A stretch of DNA of 61,090 bases, filler included, from Aduncisulcus paluster (lineage: Eukaryota), in the NCBI GenBank assembly GCA_024181965.1. It is 12 parts of 12 records of this genome, joined end to end, with 100 filler letters (N's around TTAATTAATTAA, not from the genome) between each part and the next. Parts side by side here need not be neighbours in the genome. Positions count along the whole stretch, not along the records: positions 1 to 4,911 come from BQXS01011113.1; positions 5,012 to 9,725 come from BQXS01011114.1; positions 9,826 to 14,542 come from BQXS01011115.1; 9 more parts are not named here. One strand, given 5' to 3'. The notes below the pieces were generated by a model. It was not told where the DNA came from and searched no databases. It saw only the letters and a list, made by a program, of their open reading frames with translations. The translations under genes were made by a program, and so were the position numbers. Numbering within the stretch: the stretch's first letter is position 1; the number at the start of each line of letters is the position of its first letter. Positions 1 to 10,635 of the stretch are shown piece after piece.

Positions 1-308
1 CTTGGAGGGTTATGGGGGGTCGCTTCTCTTTGGGGGGTGAATCATATGCCGACATATTTCTTGTATGCGTTGCCCTGACCAATTTGTTAGTGACAAGATC
101 CCCGTTAAGACGAGATGAAGCAGCGACGTATCGACATTTGATGAGAAAGCATTGGTATTCCCTTCCTAATAGGAGGGTAGAAGAAGACGAGGAAGAAGAC
201 GAGGAAGGTCAAGATGCACCAGCTGAACACTCACCAAACTTATCTTTGCTCTCTCAAAGTGCCGTTTTAACCAGTGATTCACGTCCAACCGAAGAAGAAG
301 ATGATTAG
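1..308 (+). mobile_element. C-terminal part of a PIF/Harbinger-like (DDE_Tnp_4, HARBI1-like) transposase, 5'-truncated by the window edge
   Basis: The frame is open from position 3: WRVMGGRFSLGGESYADIFLVCVALTNLLVTRSPLRRDEAATY, then an acidic tail. This resembles the segment after the catalytic Glu in protist DDE_Tnp_4 proteins (W..M..r(y/f)......y..If..CvALTN.....PLR.d). The catalytic residues lie outside the window. Confidence 0.55.
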
Positions 309-458
309 ATCGAGTTCAAGCATTGTAACATAATTACGAGATATTAAACAATAAATATTCATTGTTTCTGTATTTAATTAAGAAAATATCATATTTTACG
401 ATAATACAATTACGATATTAATCAATTACGGAAAAATCAATGAAATTTCACATCCGGC

Positions 459-596
459 GGACCAATTTCAAAATTCGAACCAATTTCGAAATTGCCGACT
501 AATTTCGAAATTGCTGACCAATAAAGTTTATTGATGGAGTAATTTCTTTATTAAAAATAATTTCGAAATACCCCCCCTATTCGGAAATTCCCCTAA
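459..596. repeat. Short subterminal repeats (AATTTCGAAA-type) and a candidate transposon right end (...GAAATTCCCC at 593 followed by TAA)
   Basis: CCAATTTC(G/A)AAA(A)TT-type units at ~461, 481 and 501, plus AATTTCGAAA at ~559. C-runs at 571-577 and 590-593 are followed by TAA, the typical Harbinger target site. The sequence becomes very AT-rich after this point. Confidence 0.4.
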
Positions 597-718
597 TATA
601 TAATAATATTATTGAATTAAAACTTTATTTTGTCGAAAAAACAAGAGCATGGAAAGTGATTGCCAATCAGATCGGTGGACCCTCAGAATACAGAAGTAAA
701 GGTGATAATATCATTCAA

Positions 719-1879
719 TCATAGATCCTTTTCGAGAACTACTCCAATAAAATCGCACCAACTTTCAAAATTAAGGGAATTTCCTGAATATTCAAAAACT
801 TGATCTCCATCAATTTGGATAATGATTGGTAAGAAGTCATCGGAATACTTTTCGAAGAAATACATGTTTTCTTCATCTTGTTTTTCAACGCGTACAATTT
901 CGATATCCAATATCCATTGACCTTTGTCATCAGGTTCATCTTCCTCCAGGATTGCTCCTTCCTCCACATTATCCTCACCTACGATCTTCCACAATGTGTA
1001 CATGAAATCTTCGACTAATTGGTATACCTTTTGAGTGTATTCATCAAATATGTCCCCAAATATTACAATATCTCCATCTTCGAGTCGATGAAGCTCACTA
1101 ATTGTGATACGAGGAATGTTTGTCTCAATCGGCTCAAGAACAGTAACGTATGTCCCAATGTAAGCGTCGATATTGAAATTAGATACAAAATCAGCTCGGT
1201 GTTCCCCTAAAAATGAGCCGATAGCAGTGATACTCCTTGGGCCAAGATATTTTGACCACACAGCTCCGTCAAAGTACATCATTGTTGGATAACCACGGAT
1301 ATCCATGACAGAACAGTATTCTCGAAGATCAGGGTTTGAACACTCAACCTCGTAGAAGAGAGTGTCACTGATGGCAAGGGAGGCAGCCTGGAAGACTGGG
1401 GCAAGAGCTTTGCAATGGCCACACCATGAAGCATAGAATTTAACAAACAATGGTTTTTCTTCCAATAATGAGTGGTTGTACATATCATATTCATTCTCAA
1501 ATTGGAAGATTGCGGGATTATACCAATAAACTATTTCTCCGAATAAATTCGGGAAAATAGATTCAACAACAGGAAGACCAGGAAGCTCTTCATTAATGTC
1601 TTCATCGATATGTATGATAACTTGAGGAGCTACAAGTTCAGATTCTTCAGGATTATCCAGGATGCATTCCATAAACACAAGAGGGAGATCATGCCCATAA
1701 ATCGTGTTTTCGAACACAGAAAGAGCTTTTTGGGACTGTTCATCCTGTCCAAGAATAATAAGGATGAAATTTGAAGAGATAGAATTAATATCATCGCAAG
1801 AGATGGTTTCAATCTCAGTTGCCATACATAATGAGCTGATACCCAATAAGAAAATGAAAAAAAGGCTGATTATATTCAT
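719..1879 (-). CDS. Secretory thioredoxin/protein disulfide isomerase-like protein
   Basis: Signal-peptide-like N-terminus from the ATG at 1879 (MNIISLFFIFLLGISSLCMA). One active thioredoxin domain (FVKFYASWCGHCKALAP...IRGYPT). C-terminus EKDL. Confidence 0.85.
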   Translation of the reverse strand: MNIISLFFIFLLGISSLCMATEIETISCDDINSISSNFILIILGQDEQSQKALSVFENTIYGHDLPLVFMECILDNPEESELVAPQVIIHIDEDINEELPGLPVVESIFPNLFGEIVYWYNPAIFQFENEYDMYNHSLLEEKPLFVKFYASWCGHCKALAPVFQAASLAISDTLFYEVECSNPDLREYCSVMDIRGYPTMMYFDGAVWSKYLGPRSITAIGSFLGEHRADFVSNFNIDAYIGTYVTVLEPIETNIPRITISELHRLEDGDIVIFGDIFDEYTQKVYQLVEDFMYTLWKIVGEDNVEEGAILEEDEPDDKGQWILDIEIVRVEKQDEENMYFFEKYSDDFLPIIIQIDGDQVFEYSGNSLNFESWCDFIGVVLEKDL

Positions 1880-3401
1880 TGATAACGTTATCAAAAATGG
1901 GTTTCGGAAATTTTTATATCCATGATCAACAGAATATCATGGCAATATTTGACATGATTTTGAATGACGACTTCAAAGTCAATTTGTGATAGAAAAGAAT
2001 ATAATGTGTATATTTTTGCCGCAAATTTTTAACTATTTTTGTTAAACTATCGATCCAAACGAATTCTTAGATCTAAAATAAACCGATCTCAATGAGATCA
2101 TCTCATTTCGGGAAAATTTACGAATATACATTCAAAATAAAGATGAAATAAGCTCTAGAGAGAAATTAAAAAGAAAATTATCGGCAAAATAGAGCAAAAT
2201 CCCATTATACAGAGCAAGAAGAAGTAATCGTAGTCAAAACTTTTAACAAGCAACCAATTGCAAATATAAACCCAATAACAGACAACTCTACAACATGGTG
2301 TCACGAATTGAACCAAAGATCCATCGTCAATTGTCCAAAATAATGAAATTATGGAGAGAAGTCTCTTGACTTCTTGTGAAGCTCTAAATAGAGAAACAAA
2401 CACAACATATTGGTTTTCTTTGTGGTGATATTAATATTATTTTTGCTAAATTCGATATTGGTTATGGCCGAGTCTAAAAATAGAAATTCTAAAAATAGAT
2501 TTCCAAAGTTCGTTTTACTTCTTTTTTGATAAAAAAACGTTCATTCAACTATTTTGAGATGTGGATTCAGCGTATACGCACAAGAAATGCAGAAAACGAA
2601 GAAAACAAATATACAAATATACAAATTGGGGAGTTTTTGAGCAGATTCCACATCATTGACTCTGATCCCAACCTTCCTCATGCTCAACACCGGCAAGACC
2701 AGGTTCTCCTTCAATGGTTCCAACAGAGCTTTATGATTAATGATGAAAGGATCAGAATTCCAACAACTACTGTGGGTTAATGATACCACTATTAGAGATA
2801 GCGCTTTTGTGGCACATTTTATTCAATACTTCCAACAGAGCCATCATACTTCATACGTTGTTCATGGATAATGGAATCAATGCTTGGACATTCATAGCCT
2901 TCTCCAATCTTGGGCAAGAAACGTTTGATGCATTAAACTTTGACACGGGCTTGGTGGACACTCATGCGTTTGTCAGCATCCAGAAGAGTGAGACCTGTGA
3001 GTACAATTTTGGACTTTATTCTAGCAATAATCAAGATCTTGATGATCAAGATATATTTAACTGAATAAACGATTAAGATAAAGTGGAGAAGATATATTTG
3101 TTGAGAAACAATGTGAATGTGGAGAAGAGATGTAGTTTCTGAAAAATAACAACACTCAAGAAGACACTAAGACCTGAGATAGACTGAAAAGTGAGTGTGT
3201 TGGTATAATCTGTATCAAAGACCCTTTCTTCAGAATAGGGACAATCAACGCGAGAGTTCTTCACGTCACCACCACTGTAATTCAATACTATACTTCTTCT
3301 CTTCTCCATAAACACGACTACCACAATATACCATACTGTACTGTACTGTACTATACAATATGATTGGATAAATGGCCAGAGTGTGAATGACAACACACAG
3401 C

Positions 3402-4910
3402 TCATTCATCAACATGGGAGATCTTTTTCTCTCCGTCAGAGGTTCCATCCATTTCTCCATCGCTACTCCTTCTCTTCCCAACATCACCCCCATCCATAGC
3501 TTCACCTCCATCAATTGTTTCACCTCCTCTTTTCTGCCAAGCAATGACTGCAGCCTTCTTAGGACCCCAGTTCGAGGGTAAACGATGGTACAGCGCCATT
3601 CGATGAGGATTGCCGTGCTTACAAAAGATGCTAGAGTCATCGCAGCACAAACACACGGCACTGCGATCACTGCACTTCTCACCACGACATACGACAACAC
3701 CAGCAGAGACATCACAGCCACATTTGCAGGTGCCTTTCATAGGGTGGATTGGATACACATGCTCTTTCTTGATGGCCTTCTTACGTTCCTCGGATGGGAG
3801 TAAATCATACCCTTTCATTCTCTCACACCGCTCGGAGAACAAGCGCTGGGAATAGTCACACACTGAATACTGTCCAACGCGAGACATGAGTTTCTCAGCA
3901 ATGGTTCTATTTTTAAACCCTTCAAGGCTGCACTGAACAGAACTTACACTCTTGAATGTATTGACAATCTTATAGATAACCTCCATTGGAGCATCTGTCT
4001 TGAACCCATCGCCACACACGTGAGTGGGTCCAAACTGGTATCCCAAGGAACGCAAGGCGGATGACATGTACCGTTTTTGAGGGGTAAGTGCCTGAAGAAC
4101 TCCGAACAACTTATCAAGCTTGAAGAAGTATGGTGTGGGATGCAACAGTTCCTCAGCAACAATGGTGAGATGACTGCCAATCTGAGCAAGGGATGACAAA
4201 GTACACAAAGAGTCTAAAAACTTATTTGGAACGAAAGGAGTGGATGTTTTATCTTCCTCTTTCTCCTTGTCTTCGCTCTTCTCTTCCTCTTCCTCTTCCT
4301 CTTCTTCCTCGACCTTAGATTCGTCATTTTGTCCCTTTTTCCTCAAAGAAACTTCCCTGTTAACCTCAGTGAAGAGATCCATGCAAAACTCCACAAACAA
4401 TTTATCGTGGAGCTGATCAAGCCACATCGGTCCACCCATGGATATACTAGAGTCACACAGAGCACATTGGGTTGGGATGGATGCACGTGCAGTCACAATA
4501 CGAGTTGTGGAGAGGATAGACATACTCTTCTTCTGTGAATAGAAAGTATCTTTGGTTTCATCAGAAGAGGAATCAGCTTCTTCTTCCTTATCTGAGATAG
4601 AGACATCCTTCTTTGGTCTCAATTCTTTGTGAACCTCAGCTTGTTTGTCTTCTTGGAGTTCAGAGTCTTTCACTGCAGATACATCAGACGTTGCAGATTC
4701 ACCTTTCCATTTAGGGTTCATTTTTCTCCGCTTCTCTCTGGCGATTCGTTTCTCGTCCCTTCTCTCTTTTTTTGTTTTACGATCACTAATAGCACAAAGA
4801 TCTTGACGATACACACAACCACACCCGACACACTGGCCAAGAAGACCATTCCTTAATACCACACTTCTGACACCAGCGCTGCAGTCAAACACACGTATAT
4901 AGACACGAAG
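3402..4910 (-). CDS. TRM1: tRNA (guanine-N2)-dimethyltransferase Trm1, C-terminal portion (5'-truncated at contig end)
   Basis: Open to the linker (LRVYIRVF). Contains CVGC and CALC pairs, GGPMWLDQLHD, ALRSLGY..GPTH...GFKTDAP and NWGPK, all matching the Trm1 C-terminal region. Confidence 0.85.
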   Translation of the reverse strand, partial: LRVYIRVFDCSAGVRSVVLRNGLLGQCVGCGCVYRQDLCAISDRKTKKERRDEKRIAREKRRKMNPKWKGESATSDVSAVKDSELQEDKQAEVHKELRPKKDVSISDKEEEADSSSDETKDTFYSQKKSMSILSTTRIVTARASIPTQCALCDSSISMGGPMWLDQLHDKLFVEFCMDLFTEVNREVSLRKKGQNDESKVEEEEEEEEEEKSEDKEKEEDKTSTPFVPNKFLDSLCTLSSLAQIGSHLTIVAEELLHPTPYFFKLDKLFGVLQALTPQKRYMSSALRSLGYQFGPTHVCGDGFKTDAPMEVIYKIVNTFKSVSSVQCSLEGFKNRTIAEKLMSRVGQYSVCDYSQRLFSERCERMKGYDLLPSEERKKAIKKEHVYPIHPMKGTCKCGCDVSAGVVVCRGEKCSDRSAVCLCCDDSSIFCKHGNPHRMALYHRLPSNWGPKKAAVIAWQKRGGETIDGGEAMDGGDVGKRRSSDGEMDGTSDGEKKISHVDE

Positions 4911-4911
4911 A

Positions 4912-5011
4912 NNNNNNNNNNNNNNNNNNNNNNNNNNNNNNNNNNNNNNNNNNNNTTAATTAATTAANNNNNNNNNNNNNNNNNNNNNNNNNNNNNNNNN
5001 NNNNNNNNNNN
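4912..5011. other. Artificial contig linker N44-TTAATTAATTAA-N44; identical linkers at 9726-9825, 14543-14642, 18839-18938, 23618-23717, 27839-27938, 34717-34816, 39260-39359, 44311-44410, 49575-49674, 57034-57133
   Basis: Eleven identical 100-nt spacers whose central 12-mer has stop codons in all six frames. ORFs run open into them. Confidence 0.98.
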
Positions 5012-7750
5012 TGTGGGAATTATGATGGAACCGATACTTGTGACTCTGAAACACACACATGCACCTGCTCTTCACCTTCATCGTCACCTCTCATGACTGG
5101 TGATCTGTGTGAGATTGAGAGTGGAGTGACACTACTGTCTTCCCTTGGGATGGATGTTGCCCTCGTTGAAGCTATCTGTGAGTCCATGTATGTTGATGTT
5201 ACTGCTGTTCAATCGTTATGTTCTTCTTCTTCTGCTGAAAACATTCTCTCCTCACTGACTGTGGATGATCTCACCACCATCACATCTCTCACCATCCCAA
5301 CCACCGTGGCTTCCCTCTCAGGGCTTGAATATGCCGAGCACCTTGAAATCCTTTCGTTTGCACCAGGGAACACTCTCATCTCTGATCTATCACCCATTGC
5401 ATCCTTATCCTCGTTGTATGTGCTTGAGCTTGATTCGCTTGAAAACATGGATGTATCACTTCTGAGCACATTGACGGATGCTGTCGGTGCTCTGAAGATG
5501 GATCTTGAGTCTGACACTTCACGCTGGAATGGAACATCTGAATCGTACTGTGTTGGTCTGTGCTCGTTGCGAAAGCTTCGTATCAGTGGACTTAAGGAGG
5601 GTGTTGGAGTTGATTCATCCTCACACTCAACATTTGATTCCTTTGTCAAAGTGGAAGCATCATCATTTATACTTGATTCATCATTCACTTCTTTGCTGAA
5701 CAACATTGCCATGTGCAGTGGTCAGTGTGTCGGCAGTGATGATGGAACGAAAGTATATCCATTGTCCTCCACTCTGACACATCTTGATCTGTCATCCAAT
5801 GATATCTCTGACCCTACCATCGTTTTACTCCAGCCTGGTCTCTCTGGTGTGACACATCTGACTCTGAGTGACAACTCCATCTCTGACCTTGCCCTGTTGC
5901 AACAAGCTATTGATGGTCTTGAGAATGTCGCATATGTTGATGTGAGTGACAATAGGCTTGATTGTGGGTCGACTGTGTCTGAGTGTTTGAATGCACTTAA
6001 TAACCTTTGTGCCCGTGATCTTTATGACACTAGTTCCTTTAGTGCTGTCGATTTCGGGAATGATGAGGTTTCTGGGTCTGTTTCCCAGGATATTTCTTCT
6101 GCATGTGGATCTGACTCTTCTTCTTCTTCTTCATGTTCATATCTGGAAGATCATCGTGTGTGTGGAGTCGATTATTCTGTTGACAATGTTGATGATACTG
6201 CGTTGTCATGCATCTGTGGGTCAGGATACTATGAAGACGTATCCTCTGGTGAATGTGTGTTAGCTTCTTCTTCTTCTTCTTCTTCTTCTGCATGCTCCAA
6301 CTGTGGTGGTGAGCGTGGTACATGTGTGTATGACTCCGAGTCTGACTCTGGTGATGAATCCTCCCCACTATTCTGTGAGTGTTCAGATGGATGGTATGGA
6401 ACTGATTGTTCATCCATCTGTCCTGTTTCTGATGATCTTGGTTTGTGCAGTGGATCATCTCGTGGAACATGTGATGCTGCCACCCATACATGTGTGTGTG
6501 AGTCTGGGTATTATGGATCTTCATGCAACCTCTATTGTGATAGTTTGTCAAGATGTGGTCTGCACGGTCGATGTTCTGTCGATGATCTCTCTTCCGATTC
6601 TTCTGAGACATTGTATTGTAAATGTGATGCTGGATGGTATGGGTCATCATGTTCTTCCCAATATCCTGTTGAGACTGTTGAGTATGTGAATGATGATGAT
6701 GAAACAAACCCAACTATCGTTGATTATGTGTGTGGAGTTAATTACTCCACAGATCCATCTTCATCATATTCAGACTATGCAATCTATTCACCAGATACTG
6801 ACACATATTCGTGTGACTGTTCCTCCTATGGTCTCATCACTGATGCATCCACATCCACATGCATTGATCCTGCGACTCACCCTGAATACAAGGACATTGC
6901 TGGAAATGACACTGCTTGCTTGACCTGTGGAACAACCACGGATAGTCATGGTACATGTGTTCTTGGTGAAGGAGAAGATAGTCTCACAGCCATGTGTCAG
7001 TGTGAGTATGGATGGGGGAATGATAGTTCAACAGCATTATCATCAGCATCATCATGCTCTGTTGACATGTGTGGAGTGAGTATGGATACTTACACTGAAA
7101 GCAATGCAGATCCATCCACTCTGTGCTCATCGCATGGAGTGTGTTACTTATACTCCTCTTCATCTTCTTCTTCCTTCTTGTCATACGATTGCAACTGTGA
7201 TGATGGTTGGTACGGATATTTGTGTGGACAAGAAACTTCATTCTGGTCCACTAACATTATTATAATTCTTTCATTATCGCTCATTACACTTATATTGTTC
7301 TCGTTTGCTATATATATTTGTTGTAAAATTAAGTTAGTTAAACAACAGAGCTCCAGTAGTAACTTCTCAGATATTCTTCAGGTGACACAAACGCCGCAAA
7401 TGGTTTCATTGAATGCTATGAATTCTGACAATGATATCTCTACGTTTTCTCAGATTCCCATTGATATTCAAGATGCGGATGATCAGCAACACAAGAAAGT
7501 TACTATTGTTCGTCGCAAGAAGAAAGCCCTTATCAAACGTAAACCAGCTCTAAAAACATTATTACAACCTCTCTCTCAACAAGGCGATACTGAGTTGGCC
7601 GTTGATTCCGTTGTAGAACCTCGTTCGACGCATATTGAGATGGGAACAGATTTGGGTGAGCAAGAATCACAATCTCACACAAGTATTAAACGGAAAAAGA
7701 AGAAGAAACGTCGAACAATACGAAAGAAAATCATCATTGAAACGCGTTAA
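5012..7750 (+). CDS. Type I membrane surface protein with LRRs and multiple EGF-like repeats (5'-truncated)
   Basis: The frame is open from the contig start. LRRs (LTHLDLSSNDISD, VTHLTLSDNSISD, YVDVSDNRL) and EGF-like motifs (CECSDGWYGTDC, CVCESGYYGSSC, CKCDAGWYGSSC, CNCDDGWYGYLC). One TM helix (IIIILSLSLITLILFSFAIYICC) and a basic cytoplasmic tail. Confidence 0.85.
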   Translation, partial: CGNYDGTDTCDSETHTCTCSSPSSSPLMTGDLCEIESGVTLLSSLGMDVALVEAICESMYVDVTAVQSLCSSSSAENILSSLTVDDLTTITSLTIPTTVASLSGLEYAEHLEILSFAPGNTLISDLSPIASLSSLYVLELDSLENMDVSLLSTLTDAVGALKMDLESDTSRWNGTSESYCVGLCSLRKLRISGLKEGVGVDSSSHSTFDSFVKVEASSFILDSSFTSLLNNIAMCSGQCVGSDDGTKVYPLSSTLTHLDLSSNDISDPTIVLLQPGLSGVTHLTLSDNSISDLALLQQAIDGLENVAYVDVSDNRLDCGSTVSECLNALNNLCARDLYDTSSFSAVDFGNDEVSGSVSQDISSACGSDSSSSSSCSYLEDHRVCGVDYSVDNVDDTALSCICGSGYYEDVSSGECVLASSSSSSSSACSNCGGERGTCVYDSESDSGDESSPLFCECSDGWYGTDCSSICPVSDDLGLCSGSSRGTCDAATHTCVCESGYYGSSCNLYCDSLSRCGLHGRCSVDDLSSDSSETLYCKCDAGWYGSSCSSQYPVETVEYVNDDDETNPTIVDYVCGVNYSTDPSSSYSDYAIYSPDTDTYSCDCSSYGLITDASTSTCIDPATHPEYKDIAGNDTACLTCGTTTDSHGTCVLGEGEDSLTAMCQCEYGWGNDSSTALSSASSCSVDMCGVSMDTYTESNADPSTLCSSHGVCYLYSSSSSSSFLSYDCNCDDGWYGYLCGQETSFWSTNIIIILSLSLITLILFSFAIYICCKIKLVKQQSSSSNFSDILQVTQTPQMVSLNAMNSDNDISTFSQIPIDIQDADDQQHKKVTIVRRKKKALIKRKPALKTLLQPLSQQGDTELAVDSVVEPRSTHIEMGTDLGEQESQSHTSIKRKKKKKRRTIRKKIIIETR

Positions 7751-8072
7751 GTTAACGATATGATTATTCAATAATCATTATTATTGTAGTTGTTAGCAGG
7801 ACTGATATTACAATGGTTTATTTTATTATTTTATTTTAGGATTATAATTATATTAATTTTTATATTAATATAATTCGAATTAATTATTGTCGCCACCTTG
7901 CAGAGATTAATACTTTTTTGACTTCCATTTCTGGGAGATCCAAAAATTATTGTAAAGAGATTTTGCGCTTTTATTTTAATAAATTTGTTCACGGACATAA
8001 ATCCCAGATAAACTAACATAGTAAATTTACTTCCACATGATGGTTTTAAAACATGGTCTTGATTGTCATGAA

Positions 8073-9233
8073 TCATTCAGAAAATATCCTTCTTTTTCCA
8101 ATCCAATCGGATGTGAGAGTCTCACGCTCATTGGATTTCCATGGAAGAAAAGATAACCGTTCAGCTGCAATGGTTTCCTCGGGCAAAGTAAATACAAGGG
8201 AGAGGATCCGGAAAGTTCGACTATTCTTCTCTTCCCACTTTCCTTTCCCTTCAATCTCACACAGTACAACATTATCCAAATCAATAGGAAGGAAGTGCCA
8301 TTCATACCAATGTTCAGGTTCTGCGAATTCATACTTTTTGTTTATCTTCTTACCATCAGAATCGGTGAAAGTGAAGAGAAGAGAGGGTGAAATGTCATAC
8401 TTATCCACACACATATAAGCACCTTTCATTGGACTAGGTGATGGGAAAGGGATGGAAAGATGGGATAAAGGGACAACACTTTCCCCTTTTAACATTTCTT
8501 GTGCTTTTGAACTCTGATCATACTCCTCAGATTCCTTACTAAACGCATCATCCTTGCACTTAACCATTGAGAATGAAGGATTTACAAGCTTTGGATCATC
8601 TCGTAGAATGGGAATAGAATCTCTACCTTCAGATTCTTCATCTCCTTCCTTAACAAACTCTGCTTTCACAACAGGAGCTTCAGACCATAGTTTCTCTCTG
8701 GCTTCACGAGATTTGAGTTCTTCAGGAGATTCTTCTCTACTAATGAAAACAAGGTAGATGATACTAAACCACTCTTCCTCTCTTCCTTTCCCTGTAATCT
8801 CACACAAAACAACATCAGGGAGATCAACAGGAAGGAAATACCAAAGAACATCTTCAAATTCAGGAAATTCATATTTCTTGGATGTTTTATCGCCCTTTGA
8901 AGATGTGAGAGTGAAGATAAGATGTGATGGAGATGAAGAGTCACCATATAGACAGATATAAGCACCTTTCATTGGGGAAGATGAACAGAAAGGAATGGAG
9001 ATATGGGTAAATAGTCCATAATTACCCTCTCCTTTCATCATATCTTGTGCTTCAGAACCCTGATCGTAGTTTTCATCACCTTTTCCCTTTGTTCCATCAA
9101 TTGCTTTGATAGTTGGAAATGCTGCACCCTTAATATTGGGGGCATCTCCAGGAATTGGACAACAAGTCACATCTCCTTCATGAACAAACACAAGCTCCAC
9201 AGTTTGAATAACAGCATCTGTGGATGAACTCAT
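8073..9233 (-). CDS. Protein of two tandem copies of an uncharacterised ~170-aa domain ('domain X')
   Basis: Internal duplication of MMKGE..FTHISIPF..SPMKGAYIC...SPS(H/L)L.FT.T...G.K..KKYEF.E....W.FLP(V/I)DL..VVLCEI.GKG. Paralogues at 28358-29690 and 58049-59188. Confidence 0.85.
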   Translation of the reverse strand: MSSSTDAVIQTVELVFVHEGDVTCCPIPGDAPNIKGAAFPTIKAIDGTKGKGDENYDQGSEAQDMMKGEGNYGLFTHISIPFCSSSPMKGAYICLYGDSSSPSHLIFTLTSSKGDKTSKKYEFPEFEDVLWYFLPVDLPDVVLCEITGKGREEEWFSIIYLVFISREESPEELKSREAREKLWSEAPVVKAEFVKEGDEESEGRDSIPILRDDPKLVNPSFSMVKCKDDAFSKESEEYDQSSKAQEMLKGESVVPLSHLSIPFPSPSPMKGAYMCVDKYDISPSLLFTFTDSDGKKINKKYEFAEPEHWYEWHFLPIDLDNVVLCEIEGKGKWEEKNSRTFRILSLVFTLPEETIAAERLSFLPWKSNERETLTSDWIGKRRIFSE

Positions 9234-9615
9234 TTGAATAGAGATAGAATTTCTTACCTAAAAAATAAATACGAGCAGAATAATGAATGAATCCGGTTAA
9301 AATATTTCTTAATATACATCTAATAAAAGACGCAACATATAGTAAACATACAATTTGCTTGTTTGTCAAGAAATCGAAAAAATGGACTGAACAAGCAACC
9401 CTTCAATAGATAAGATTGGAAACTTTAAAAAAACGCATATAAACGAGTTAAATGCTGGTAAATGATAAAAACATGTTTTATTTTCATTTCCATGCCATGG
9501 TGTTTATTCTCGATATCTCAGGCTTTTGGAGAACCCTCAGGACTGGATATAGTTCCATTTCACGTGTTAAGAACATTTATGAACGATTTCAATGCTATTC
9601 AATAACATGGATATA

Positions 9616-9722
9616 TTTCCATTTCATTTCTATCCTTATCCTTGCCTTTATGTTTCATTTTCACTTGCTTTTGCTTACAATCAAAAATATCAAGAACTCG
9701 GAATACGATGGTATACATATGT
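9616..9722. repeat. 107-bp dispersed repeat, copy 1
   Basis: Reverse complement of 10052-10158, one mismatch seen. Confidence 0.9.
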
Positions 9723-10051
9723 CTGNNNNNNNNNNNNNNNNNNNNNNNNNNNNNNNNNNNNNNNNNNNNTTAATTAATTAANNNNNNNNNNNNNNNNNNN
9801 NNNNNNNNNNNNNNNNNNNNNNNNNGCTGAAATCTTGCCACCTTCAATTAATACGTCACAACATGGAACTAATTCATGGTTACCACGTTCTTGAGAATAT
9901 AAAACAACGTTTCCGCCTTTTAAAATGTTAAACAAGGTTACCTTCTTATATATATTGTCGGAGATGGCATTGGAATTGGAGTTGGATTTGACTGCGGGGA
10001 AATGTCATGTTCCATGAAGCATCAGGGGATTATATTCGTAGAAGTATACAT

Positions 10052-10158
10052 ACATATGTATACCATCGTATTCCGAGTTCTTGATATTTTTGATTGTAAG
10101 CAAAAGCAAGTGAAAATGAAACAGAAAGGCAAGGATAAGGATAGAAATGAAATGGAAA
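10052..10158. repeat. 107-bp dispersed repeat, copy 2 (different contig)
   Basis: Reverse complement of 9616-9722. Confidence 0.9.
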
Positions 10159-10635
10159 GCCTGACAGGGTTTGTAAGAATTATCACGAAGATTTCTGATT
10201 ATTATTGGTTTTCTTTATTTATATGACGGCAAACTCTGCTTTGTGCGAAAAGAAATAAACAAAGACTTCCTTTTGATAAGTAATATTTTGCTATATAAAT
10301 TTTTCTTTCAGAAAAACTTCAGTTTTTGGTTTAAAACAGAGGTCTCCAGACACGTAAGGAAGAGGCTTTTGTAATAGCACATGAGTAGAAAAAACCAGTG
10401 TGTGAGAATATTTTAATTACAATTGAATAAACGTCAAAAATAAATAAAAAAAGAAAGAAAGATGAAATAAAACTAGATGCTAAATGAAACGAATCATTTA
10501 GGCGTATAATATTATATTAATACAAAAATACAAAAAAAAAAGTCATAGGGGAGTTGCTAATATCTCCAGAATATTTATCAATATATATACAAACTACAGT
10601 CAAAGAAAGTCAAGATATCATAATAAAAATAATCC

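Noticed and set aside
2155-3405. Several short ORFs (82-110 aa) between the PDI-like gene and TRM1
   Set aside because: No recognisable motifs, several lack ATG starts, and the frames are interrupted. Possibly a decayed gene, but not supportable.
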